A stretch of 40,864 nucleotides of DNA from an uncultured bacterium (lineage in GTDB: Bacteria; Cyanobacteriota; Vampirovibrionia; Gastranaerophilales; Gastranaerophilaceae). Numbering within the stretch: the first letter of the stretch is position 1; each line of letters opens with the position of its first letter. The DNA lies in contig CAMAGQ010000001.1 of NCBI GenBank assembly GCA_945833895.1, forward strand, positions 1 to 40,864, read 5' to 3'. A program made the position numbers and the translations under genes. Below, one piece after another: positions 9,283-17,718 of the stretch. Below the pieces are notes generated by a model, which worked only from the letters and a program-made list of their open reading frames with translations, had not been told where the DNA came from and made no database searches.

Positions 9283-10404
9283 TTATCTTGTATAAACTCG
9301 TGGTAGTCTTACTTTTAGACGGCAGGTGAGTTCATAATTTATTGTATTTAAAAGTTTTGCCCAAACATCAATCGAATGCTTTTCATCAAGCAGAGTAAGA
9401 ATGTCGCCGACGTCAACCTTTGCATCGGTAACATCAAACATCATCTGATCCATTGTAATATTGCCGACTTGCGGAACTTCAACACCGTTTACAACTCCCT
9501 TAATCTTGTTAGAAAGAAGTCTTGGCACACCGTCAGCATATCCGATTGGAATTGTTGCAATTTTTCTGTCGCCTTTTGCGGTGAAGGTATGACAATAACT
9601 TACACCCTCGCCGTTTCTTGCTGTGTGAATATTTACAATCCTGCCTTTTAGTGAAATAAGTTGCTTTAAATTTGGCTTATTAAAGTCAATTTCAGGAAAA
9701 TCAGGGTATAAACCGTACAAAGAAATCCCTATTCTTCGCATATTTGAATTTGGAACATCAAAACAAATACTGCCAGCGGTATTTAAAATATGCAACAACA
9801 AGCCCTCTGTGTTGCTGTTTTCAATAACGCTGTTCCATTTATTAATCTGTTCTTGAGTTTTGTCAAGTTCTTCCGCTGCTGCAAGGTGGGTGAAAATTCC
9901 CTGTAAATCAATGTTTTTAGAACTTTGAACTTCTTTTATAAATTCAACGGCATCTTCAACTCTGACCCCAATTCTATTCATGCCGGTATCAAGTTTTACG
10001 TGAACTTTAGGCTTTATTCCTGTTCTTTGATAAGCCTGTTCGCATGCTTTAATATGTTCTTTAGAAAAAATAGCAATACTTAAATTGTTCTTAACGGCAC
10101 TTTCAACTGCCCAAACAGGAACTGCACCAAGTACGAGAATTTCGCAATTTATGTTGGCATTTCGCAAATCAACACCTTCATCAATTGATGCAACGCCTAG
10201 CATGTCAATTCCTGATGCAAGAATTGTCGGAGCAAGCATAACCGCACCATGCCCGTAGGCATCCGCTTTTACAACTCCAAGAAGTTTTATACCCTGCGGT
10301 ATCTTTGATTTAATCTCTCTAATGTTGTTTTCAAGGTTTGAAACATTTATCTCTACCCAAGCATCTCTGTGAATATTTATGTTAGTTTGTCTTATATTTT
10401 TCAT
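9283..10404 (-). CDS. alr: alanine racemase
   Basis: 373 aa. PLP-lysine motif VVKADAYGHGA, MNRIG block, C-terminal IGYADG and ITMDQ blocks. GAGGA SD upstream. Confidence 0.92.
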   Translation of the reverse strand: MKNIRQTNINIHRDAWVEINVSNLENNIREIKSKIPQGIKLLGVVKADAYGHGAVMLAPTILASGIDMLGVASIDEGVDLRNANINCEILVLGAVPVWAVESAVKNNLSIAIFSKEHIKACEQAYQRTGIKPKVHVKLDTGMNRIGVRVEDAVEFIKEVQSSKNIDLQGIFTHLAAAEELDKTQEQINKWNSVIENSNTEGLLLHILNTAGSICFDVPNSNMRRIGISLYGLYPDFPEIDFNKPNLKQLISLKGRIVNIHTARNGEGVSYCHTFTAKGDRKIATIPIGYADGVPRLLSNKIKGVVNGVEVPQVGNITMDQMMFDVTDAKVDVGDILTLLDEKHSIDVWAKLLNTINYELTCRLKVRLPRVYTR

Positions 10405-10473
10405 AGTATCCTCAGTATAGAATAAAATTTGAAATTCTTCAATTTGTAAAATAATTTTAAATCTCGGGCTTGT

Positions 10474-10493
10474 TGGTAAAATTGTGGTAAAAT
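10474..10493 (+). promoter_or_regulatory. tandem extended -10-like elements upstream of the transporter operon
   Basis: TGGTAAAAT occurs twice (10474-10482 and 10485-10493), 35-50 nt upstream of the ATG at 10527. No convincing -35. Confidence 0.35.
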
Positions 10494-10526
10494 TTATTTA
10501 TAGCAGACAATATATAGGGAAGAATA

Positions 10527-11501
10527 ATGGAACAGTTTTTACCGCAATTCCAGGATATACTTGGGGTTCCTAAATTTTTAATAGAGCAAATAACAGTTTT
10601 GCCTGATTATATTAAACAGGCACTTATTGAGAGTTTATATTTTGTTATTCCGCTGTTTTTCCTCTATTTTGCCATAGAACTTCTTGAACGATTTTTCATG
10701 GCTCATATAAATATTCTGATAAAATTATTCAGAAAATTCGGAGCGTTTTTCGGTGTTGTGATTTCTACACTGCCCGAATGCGGTTTTTCGGTTATCGCAA
10801 GCACTTATTATTCAAGAAAACTTATTACACGCGGTACATTGATGGCTTTTTTGATTGCAACCTCGGATGAAGCTTACCCGCTTTTGTTTATGGACTTAGA
10901 AAAAACAAAGGTGTTAATTCCGTTGATTATTATAAAAATTGTTCTCGGGTTAATTGTTTGGGTTATCGTTGATTCCGCAATAATTTTCATGAAAAAGCCG
11001 ACAGAAGAAGTTAACGCCGTTAATATCGACTTGAATGAAACTGCGTGCTGTCACCATAAATTAAATTCTTATAAAGAGGTAGAAGTCGGCTGGGGGCATC
11101 CTGCCACTCATACCGTCAATATTCTGTTTTTTACGGCTCTGGCATTATCAATTTACTATTCTGCAGTAAACTATTTTGGAAGTTCTGAAAATCTTTCTGC
11201 TTTTTTGATGTATAACTCACCTTTACAAATTTTTTGCTGTGCAGTATTTGGTTTAATACCGAGTTGTGCGGCTTCTGTATTTTTGGCAGTTGCTTACGTT
11301 AAAGGTGCAATAAGTTTTGCTGGATTACTTGCGGGGCTTACGTCTACAACGGGTGTCGGTTTGCTTGCTCTGGTAACTAAAAGCAAAAAAAATGTTGATA
11401 ATTTGGTTATAACGTTAATCTTGTTTGCAGTCGCTTTTGTCGTCGGATTGACGGCGATAAAACTGCCTGTCCCTGTTGTGCCGTTATTCGCAACTAATTA
11501 A
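10527..11501 (+). CDS. polytopic (about 10-TM) membrane protein, putative heavy-metal/Mn transporter family (ArsP_2-like, recalled)
   Basis: 324 aa and very hydrophobic. Motifs LPECGFSVIAS, ATSDEA, loop CCHH, and a second-half echo IPSCAASV. Paralogous to the next gene. Confidence 0.6.
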   Translation: MEQFLPQFQDILGVPKFLIEQITVLPDYIKQALIESLYFVIPLFFLYFAIELLERFFMAHINILIKLFRKFGAFFGVVISTLPECGFSVIASTYYSRKLITRGTLMAFLIATSDEAYPLLFMDLEKTKVLIPLIIIKIVLGLIVWVIVDSAIIFMKKPTEEVNAVNIDLNETACCHHKLNSYKEVEVGWGHPATHTVNILFFTALALSIYYSAVNYFGSSENLSAFLMYNSPLQIFCCAVFGLIPSCAASVFLAVAYVKGAISFAGLLAGLTSTTGVGLLALVTKSKKNVDNLVITLILFAVAFVVGLTAIKLPVPVVPLFATN

Positions 11502-11515
11502 GAAAGAGTTTGGTT

Positions 11516-12508
11516 ATGAATTTTGATGTAATACTTTCACCGTTTAAATTTATATTTTCGTTACCGGAATATATTATTGAGCCGATAACTTTTTTGCCTG
11601 ATTTTTTGAAGGATGCTTTGATTGACAGTTTAAACCTTCTGCCGTTTTTATTCCTGATGTTTGTTTTCATCGAATGGATAGAAATATATTTTACAAAGAA
11701 AAAGCATCTGTTTGTATTTTTCATGAAAAAAATCGGGCCGTTATTCGGAAGTTTGTTTGCATCAATTCCTCAGTGCGGATTTTCGGTCATTGCAAGTACC
11801 CTGTACACAAGACGTATTTTAAGCCGCGGAACGTTGCTTTCTGTTTATCTTGCGACTTCTGATGAGGCTATTCCGATAATCATATCAGAACCAGCTAAAG
11901 CATATCTTGTATTACCAATTATTGTTATAAAGGTTCTTGTGGCAATAACTGCAGGGTATCTGGTTGATTTGTTGTTTAATTATAAAGCGAATGAACCTGC
12001 TCAATTGAATAAGGCTGATGTTCAATTACACGAAAAAGGCTGCTGCCACCATGATATTGCGGAAACTCCAAATGCAAAAGATTTGTGGATTCATCCGATA
12101 AAACATACTCTGAATATCTTTGCATTTATTTTAATAGTATCAATTGTGTTGGGATATGTTCTATCAATAGCGGGAACAGAAGAAAATCTTGCAAAATACT
12201 GTCTGATAAATTCGCCGTTACAGCCGTTTTTTGCTTCAATTCTTGGGTTAATTCCTAATTGTGCAATTTCTGTTGTGCTGACTTTGTTGTATTTAAAACA
12301 TACAATCAGTTTTGGTTCGCTCATCGCAGGATTATCTTCGGCAGGCGGTTTGGGGCTATTGATACTGTTAACACGTAACAACGACAAAAAAGATACGGCA
12401 ATTATTATTGCATTTCTTGTTGTAATAAGTTCTCTGATCGGAATAGTTATTCAAAATAACATTTTCAACATCAATCATATATTTACAATTCTTGGAATAA
12501 ATGTATAA
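11516..12508 (+). CDS. paralogous polytopic membrane protein, same putative metal transporter family
   Basis: Motifs IPQCGFSVIAS, ATSDEA, CCHH and IPNCAISV are collinear with the upstream gene. I prefer the ATG at 11516 (AGAAAGAG 7 nt upstream) over the TTG at 11510 given in the ORF track. Confidence 0.6.
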   Translation: MNFDVILSPFKFIFSLPEYIIEPITFLPDFLKDALIDSLNLLPFLFLMFVFIEWIEIYFTKKKHLFVFFMKKIGPLFGSLFASIPQCGFSVIASTLYTRRILSRGTLLSVYLATSDEAIPIIISEPAKAYLVLPIIVIKVLVAITAGYLVDLLFNYKANEPAQLNKADVQLHEKGCCHHDIAETPNAKDLWIHPIKHTLNIFAFILIVSIVLGYVLSIAGTEENLAKYCLINSPLQPFFASILGLIPNCAISVVLTLLYLKHTISFGSLIAGLSSAGGLGLLILLTRNNDKKDTAIIIAFLVVISSLIGIVIQNNIFNINHIFTILGINV

Positions 12509-12525
12509 TCAAGAAGTAGGGCAGT

Positions 12526-14004
12526 ATGGAACAGTGTTCGGAAAAATTTAATAAGGCTTTTGAGGTTCATAAATCGGGTGATTTATCGGGTGCTTGCGAT
12601 TTGTATATGGAAATTCTTAAAACAGAACCGAACAACGCAGAAGTTTGGGATTTATTAGGAGTTGTACATTTTCAGCAGAATAACTTTTTAGAAGCCGAAA
12701 CTTGTATAAAAAAGGCAATTTCGCTTGAGCCTAGGGTGTATTATCTTGAAAATCTAGCAAAATTGTACCTTGAAAAAGGCGACTTTACCACATCAATTGC
12801 ACTTTATGAGGATATTTTAAAGTTACATAACACTTATGAAAACCTTTTTAATCTTGCAATGGCATATAAAAACGCACACTTCTGGAATAAGGCAAAAAGG
12901 GCTTACGAAAAGGCTTTAGAACTTAATCCAAACGGTTATGAATCATACTATAACCTTGCTTACCTTGCATTTAACGATAATGACCCGCATAAAGCGATTG
13001 AGTGCTATAAAAAAGTTCTTGAGATAAAACCTAACGACTGGGAAACGACGTATTTTCTCGGGTTAGCGTATATGCAGGTTAAAGATTATAAAAACGGTTT
13101 GAAAGCCTTTGAATCAAGGTTTTGTAAAAAAAGTGCCATACTTTCGCAAGAGAAACTTTATCCTGAATTGATGAAGGAAAAACCCGAGTGGAAAGGTGAA
13201 AGTCTTAAAGATAAGGTGCTGTTTACATATTATGAGGCGGGTTTTGGCGACTTGCTGATGTTTTACAGATATGTGCCGATATTGACCTCAATGTGCAAAA
13301 AACTTATAATTAAACCGCAAAGAGAACTGCTTCCGTTGTTTCGTGAAAACTCTTACGGGGCGGAGATTATAGAAAATTACGACTATAAAAAACAAATGTA
13401 TTTCGATTACCATCTGCCGTTTTTGAGCATTCCGAATGTCTTGCAGTTAGAAGGTGACAGTGTTTTTGTAAGTCACGACTGCGGGTATCTCAAAGCGAAT
13501 GCGGAAAAAGTCCGCTGCTACAAGGAAAAATATTGCAGCAATGACAAATTCAAAATCGGTATAAAATGGCAGGGAAACACGCATTATGACCTTGAAAGAG
13601 TTTTGCAGGTAGAAGATTTCTTTACTCTTTTTGAAATTCCGAACACTCAATTTTATTCGTTCCAAACTTTTGAAGGTTCAGAAGAAATTGATAAAATTAA
13701 AGAAAAATACGATATAGTAAATTTAGGTGAAACTTTTTCAGATTTTTCCGATACTGCCGGTGCTATTGAGAATATGGACTTGATAATTTCAAATGACAGT
13801 TCACTAATTCACCTTGCAGGTGCAATGAATAAGACTTCTTTTGTCCTTTTGCCTTATGTTTATAACTGGCGTTGGCATACAGATTTAAGTAAATGTGACT
13901 GGTACGATTGTGTTACGGTATTTAGGCAAAAAGAGTTTGGAAAGTGGAAAAGTATATTTGAAGATGTTAAAGCAAAACTTATTGAAATTAAGGATAAAAA
14001 ATAA
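12526..14004 (+). CDS. TPR-repeat protein with C-terminal glycosyltransferase family 9 (heptosyltransferase-like) domain
   Basis: The N-terminal ~190 aa hold TPR-like repeats (AEVWDLLGVVHFQQNNFLEAE..., YYNLAYLAF...). The C-terminal part has KIGIKWQGN, DFSDTAGAIENMDLIISNDSSLIHLAGAMNK and VLLPYVYNWRW, typical of GT9-like domains. Confidence 0.7.
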   Translation: MEQCSEKFNKAFEVHKSGDLSGACDLYMEILKTEPNNAEVWDLLGVVHFQQNNFLEAETCIKKAISLEPRVYYLENLAKLYLEKGDFTTSIALYEDILKLHNTYENLFNLAMAYKNAHFWNKAKRAYEKALELNPNGYESYYNLAYLAFNDNDPHKAIECYKKVLEIKPNDWETTYFLGLAYMQVKDYKNGLKAFESRFCKKSAILSQEKLYPELMKEKPEWKGESLKDKVLFTYYEAGFGDLLMFYRYVPILTSMCKKLIIKPQRELLPLFRENSYGAEIIENYDYKKQMYFDYHLPFLSIPNVLQLEGDSVFVSHDCGYLKANAEKVRCYKEKYCSNDKFKIGIKWQGNTHYDLERVLQVEDFFTLFEIPNTQFYSFQTFEGSEEIDKIKEKYDIVNLGETFSDFSDTAGAIENMDLIISNDSSLIHLAGAMNKTSFVLLPYVYNWRWHTDLSKCDWYDCVTVFRQKEFGKWKSIFEDVKAKLIEIKDKK

Positions 14005-15050
14005 TGGTAAAAATGAAATCAATACAGTATTACGGACCAAAAGACATAAGATTTGAAGAAGTAACGGTTAAACCGCCCGAAGCGGGTGAAGTTACCGTCA
14101 AAATCATGTCGGCGTTGACTTGCGGAACTGACGTAAAAACCTACAGGCGAGGTCATCCTGTGTTGATAAAAGAAATTCCGTCAGGCTTTGGACATGAATT
14201 TTCGGGAATTGTTGAAAATGTCGGACGAGGTGTTGAAAACTTCCAAAAAGGCGATAGAGTTGTTGCGGCAAATTCTGCACCTTGCGGTGAGTGTTTTTAC
14301 TGCAAAAAAGGTGAGTATAATTTGTGCGAAAACCTTAATTTGCTTAACGGTGCTTATGCTCAATATATTACAGTGCCTGCAAGAATTGTTAAAAAGAACA
14401 TGCTTATATTGCCTGATGATTTGAGTTTTGATAAGGCTGCGTTTTGTGAACCTTTGGCAAATGTTGTTCACGGTGCAGAAAGAACGGGCATAAAAGCGGG
14501 TGATACCGTCGGAATTATCGGCATTGGACCGATAGGATTGATGTTTGCACGTATCGCTAAACTTATGGGAGCAAAAGTTATTGTAGCAGGACGAAATCCG
14601 ATTAAGTTGAAAATGGCTGATGAATTTGCTCACGCAGATGAAATAATTGATTTGAAAAAATATCCTGCTCCTGTGAAGATTTTCAAAGAGTTTTCAGAAG
14701 AAGGCAAAGGGCTTGATGTGGCGATTGAATGCGTTGGACTGCCTGAAATTTGGGAACAGATTTTTGATTGTGTAAGACCCGGTGGAACTGTTCACTTCTT
14801 TGGCGGCTGTAAATCAGGTTCTAAGGTTACTTTTGACACAACAAAAATGCACTACGGAGATTTAAAGTTGATGAGTGTTTTTCACCATACTCCGCAGTAT
14901 TTCAGAAAAGCACTTGAATATATTGCCTCAGGTGATGTTGAGGTCGAAAAACTCATAACTGACACTCTGCCGCTTGAAAAGGTAGAATTTGCTATGAATG
15001 AACATATTCAAGGTCGTGCGATTAAGTTTTTAATTCACCCGTGGGGTTAG
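14004..15050 (+). CDS. zinc-dependent medium-chain dehydrogenase/reductase (sorbitol/threonine dehydrogenase-like)
   Basis: Catalytic Zn motif GHEFSGIV, structural Zn cluster CGECFYCKKGEYNLC, NAD motif GIGPIGL. The ATG shares one nt with the upstream TAA (ATAATGG). Confidence 0.85.
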   Translation: MVKMKSIQYYGPKDIRFEEVTVKPPEAGEVTVKIMSALTCGTDVKTYRRGHPVLIKEIPSGFGHEFSGIVENVGRGVENFQKGDRVVAANSAPCGECFYCKKGEYNLCENLNLLNGAYAQYITVPARIVKKNMLILPDDLSFDKAAFCEPLANVVHGAERTGIKAGDTVGIIGIGPIGLMFARIAKLMGAKVIVAGRNPIKLKMADEFAHADEIIDLKKYPAPVKIFKEFSEEGKGLDVAIECVGLPEIWEQIFDCVRPGGTVHFFGGCKSGSKVTFDTTKMHYGDLKLMSVFHHTPQYFRKALEYIASGDVEVEKLITDTLPLEKVEFAMNEHIQGRAIKFLIHPWG

Positions 15051-15061
15051 GCATTGCAAGG

Positions 15062-16486
15062 TTATGCTTTAGCCTTAACACAATCATCAAGGAATGATGT
15101 CATTGTGTTTTTGAAACGTTCGCACTCATCTTTTGTTAATGCTTCAAATCTGAGTGTAAACACAGGTTCTGTGTTGCTCTGTCTGATTAGTGCAAAACCG
15201 CCGTCAAAAACTATTCTCATGCCGTCTAAAGTGACGATTTCTTTTATTTCTGAGCCAAACATAGCAGGGTTGTTTTTAACTTCAGTTTTCATCGCTTCAA
15301 GAACTTCTTTTTTTAGATGGTTTGGACAAGGAAATCTTACTTCGTCGCTTGTAAATACTTGGTTGAACGGTTCTAACATGTTTTCAAGTTTGAAATTAGG
15401 GTTAAGTTTTTTAGTTTTTGCAACAATTTCAATCATTCGGCATCCCGCATAAATTGCATCATCAAACCCGTAATATCTGTCTTTGAAGAAAGTATGACCG
15501 CTCATTTCACCGCCCAGTACGGCTTTTGTTTCTTTCATTTTGTCCTTAATGTAGCCATGACCTGTTTTACACATTACAGCGTTTCCGCCGGATTTGTTGA
15601 TTGTGTCGTAAAGCACCTGAGAACATTTAACCTCGGAAACTACTGTCGGTTTTTGACCGATAATATCCATAGCGTAAATTAGGAGCAATTTGTCGCCTGT
15701 CAGCGGTTTTCCTTGAGAATCAACCACACCAATTCTATCACTGTCGCCATCGTATGCAATTCCTAAATCTGCACCGTTTTCAACTACGGTTTTAGAAAGT
15801 GTTTCAAGGGTTGATAATACGCTCGGATTTGGGTGGTGATTCGGAAATCTTCCGTCAGGTTCTGAGAATAATTCAATAACCTTACAGCCAAGTTGTTTGT
15901 ATAGTTGAGGCCCGACAATTCCGCCTGTTGCGTTTGCACTGTCGACAACAACGGTAATTCCTTCACCGATATTACCAAATGTTTTAACCTGTTCTGTGAT
16001 GTATTCATCAATAATTTTAGTTGAAAAATCGTAATCGCTCAAGTTTTCAGGAAGTTGTGTCCAATTTGCAAAAGTATCTTCCTTAACTTCTTTGATTTTT
16101 GCTTCGTTAAGAGTTTGACGGTTAAAGGTCATTTTCAAACCGTTATACTCGCTAGGGTTGTGACTTGCGGTTATAATCATTGCCCCGTCAAGGTTATGGG
16201 CAAATTCCGAATAGTACCCGATTGGGGTCGGTGCAAGTCCTAAATCTTCAATATATCCGACATTAACAGAGCAAAGCCCGTTGATTAATGCTTTTTTAAG
16301 GCTTGGTGAATGAAGTCTGGCATCCATACAAACACTGATTTTGAGGTCTTTTGCCTGTTTTCCTGTCTGTTTTTCAAGCCAGATTGTGTAACCCCTTCCG
16401 ATGTTATAAAATAATTCTTCTGTTATATCTTCCTGATAAATCCCTCTGATGTCGTTTTTACCAAATGCGTGTTCATATTTCTGCAT
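15062..16486 (-). CDS. phosphoglucomutase/phosphomannomutase (alpha-D-phosphohexomutase)
   Basis: 474 aa. Active-site TASHNPSEYNGLK, Mg loop AYDGDSDR, sugar loop GGEMSGH. AGGAG SD upstream. Confidence 0.9.
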   Translation of the reverse strand: MQKYEHAFGKNDIRGIYQEDITEELFYNIGRGYTIWLEKQTGKQAKDLKISVCMDARLHSPSLKKALINGLCSVNVGYIEDLGLAPTPIGYYSEFAHNLDGAMIITASHNPSEYNGLKMTFNRQTLNEAKIKEVKEDTFANWTQLPENLSDYDFSTKIIDEYITEQVKTFGNIGEGITVVVDSANATGGIVGPQLYKQLGCKVIELFSEPDGRFPNHHPNPSVLSTLETLSKTVVENGADLGIAYDGDSDRIGVVDSQGKPLTGDKLLLIYAMDIIGQKPTVVSEVKCSQVLYDTINKSGGNAVMCKTGHGYIKDKMKETKAVLGGEMSGHTFFKDRYYGFDDAIYAGCRMIEIVAKTKKLNPNFKLENMLEPFNQVFTSDEVRFPCPNHLKKEVLEAMKTEVKNNPAMFGSEIKEIVTLDGMRIVFDGGFALIRQSNTEPVFTLRFEALTKDECERFKNTMTSFLDDCVKAKA

Positions 16487-16528
16487 AATTCACTTCTCCT
16501 AATATTTAGACTATAATTAAATCATATC

Positions 16529-17413
16529 ATGAACAAGTTATTTAATAAGTTATTTGATAATCAGAATTATGCAGGGGTAATCTTTATTCTGCCTGCTGTG
16601 TTGGGAACTTTAATATTTATAATAATTCCTGTGATTTGTTCTTTTGGGTTGAGTTTTACAAAATGGGATTTACTTAACCCGATAAGTTTTGTTGGGTTAG
16701 AAAACTACAAAAACCTGCTCAATGATTCCGTCTTTAAACAAATTCTTTTAAATACTGTAGTTTTCGCCGTAGCGACTTCGGTTTTGGGTGTAATTATACC
16801 GCTTGTGCTTGCTGCTATTCTTAATTCAAAAATCAGAGGAAGTGAGTTTTTCAAAACCGCGTACTTTCTGCCGTTCATAACCCCGATGGTAGTAATCGGA
16901 ATAGTTTGGGGCTGGATTTTTGACCCGAATATCGGCTTACTTAATCAATTTTTCCATATCCATATAAATTGGCTTTACGACACAAGATTTGCCATGCCAG
17001 CATTGATAATTGTTTCTGTCTGGAAACTCATCGGATATAATATGATAATCTTTTTATCTTCACTTTCGACAATTTCAAACAGTCTGTTTGAGGCTGCAAA
17101 AATTGACGGGGCAAATTCTTTTCAGATATTCAAAAACGTAACAATTCCCGTACTTTCTCCGACTATATTTTTTGTAGTAATTATAACGGCAATAAGTTCT
17201 TTTCAGGTTTTTGATTTGATTTATCTTATGACACAAGGCGGACCGTTTAACAGTACAAATGTCCTTGTATATTCGATTTATCAAAATGCGTTTGAGTATT
17301 TTAATGTCGGAAAAGCAAGTGCAATTGCTTACATTCTTTTTGCGATTATTTTAGTGTTAACACTTATCCAATGGAAATTCAGAAAGAAAATTGTCTATAA
17401 CGAAATTGACTAG
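16529..17413 (+). CDS. carbohydrate ABC transporter permease (MalF/UgpA type)
   Basis: 294 aa with 6 predicted TM segments. EAA loop EAAKIDGANSFQIFKNVTIPVLSP. Confidence 0.88.
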   Translation: MNKLFNKLFDNQNYAGVIFILPAVLGTLIFIIIPVICSFGLSFTKWDLLNPISFVGLENYKNLLNDSVFKQILLNTVVFAVATSVLGVIIPLVLAAILNSKIRGSEFFKTAYFLPFITPMVVIGIVWGWIFDPNIGLLNQFFHIHINWLYDTRFAMPALIIVSVWKLIGYNMIIFLSSLSTISNSLFEAAKIDGANSFQIFKNVTIPVLSPTIFFVVIITAISSFQVFDLIYLMTQGGPFNSTNVLVYSIYQNAFEYFNVGKASAIAYILFAIILVLTLIQWKFRKKIVYNEID

Positions 17414-17718
17414 GGGTAAATATATTTATGTGTAATATCTCTTAATAAATGTCTTATTTTGTTAAAGTTATTTGAAAACTAATCCGTATATATATCTGTA
17501 ACTACTCAAAACACGGGGTGTGTATAGATTATGTATGAAGAACTAAAATGTAAACAGTTGATAGCGGATTTGAAAGAATTAGTCGAAAAAGCAGAAGAGT
17601 CTGTTAACAATAATGATGTTTACTGCGATTTGATGAAAACAATGATATTGAATACCTACAGTGCAAATTAGAAACACGACTAATGCAAATTTTTGATAAT
17701 CGGTCATAATATTTAACT

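Noticed and set aside
11494-11724. 76-aa minus-strand ORF spanning the junction of the two transporter genes
   Set aside because: It is antisense to two well-supported paralogous membrane-protein genes, with no independent support.
15054-15452. Antisense 'shadow' ORFs inside longer genes. This one is a representative; others include 14181-14633, 12091-12387, 35940-36323, 39679-39963, 30843-31220, 28885-29339 and 602-924.
   Set aside because: Each lies fully within a longer opposite-strand ORF that has strong family motifs. They have low-complexity or odd composition and no SD. These are typical frame shadows in AT-rich DNA.
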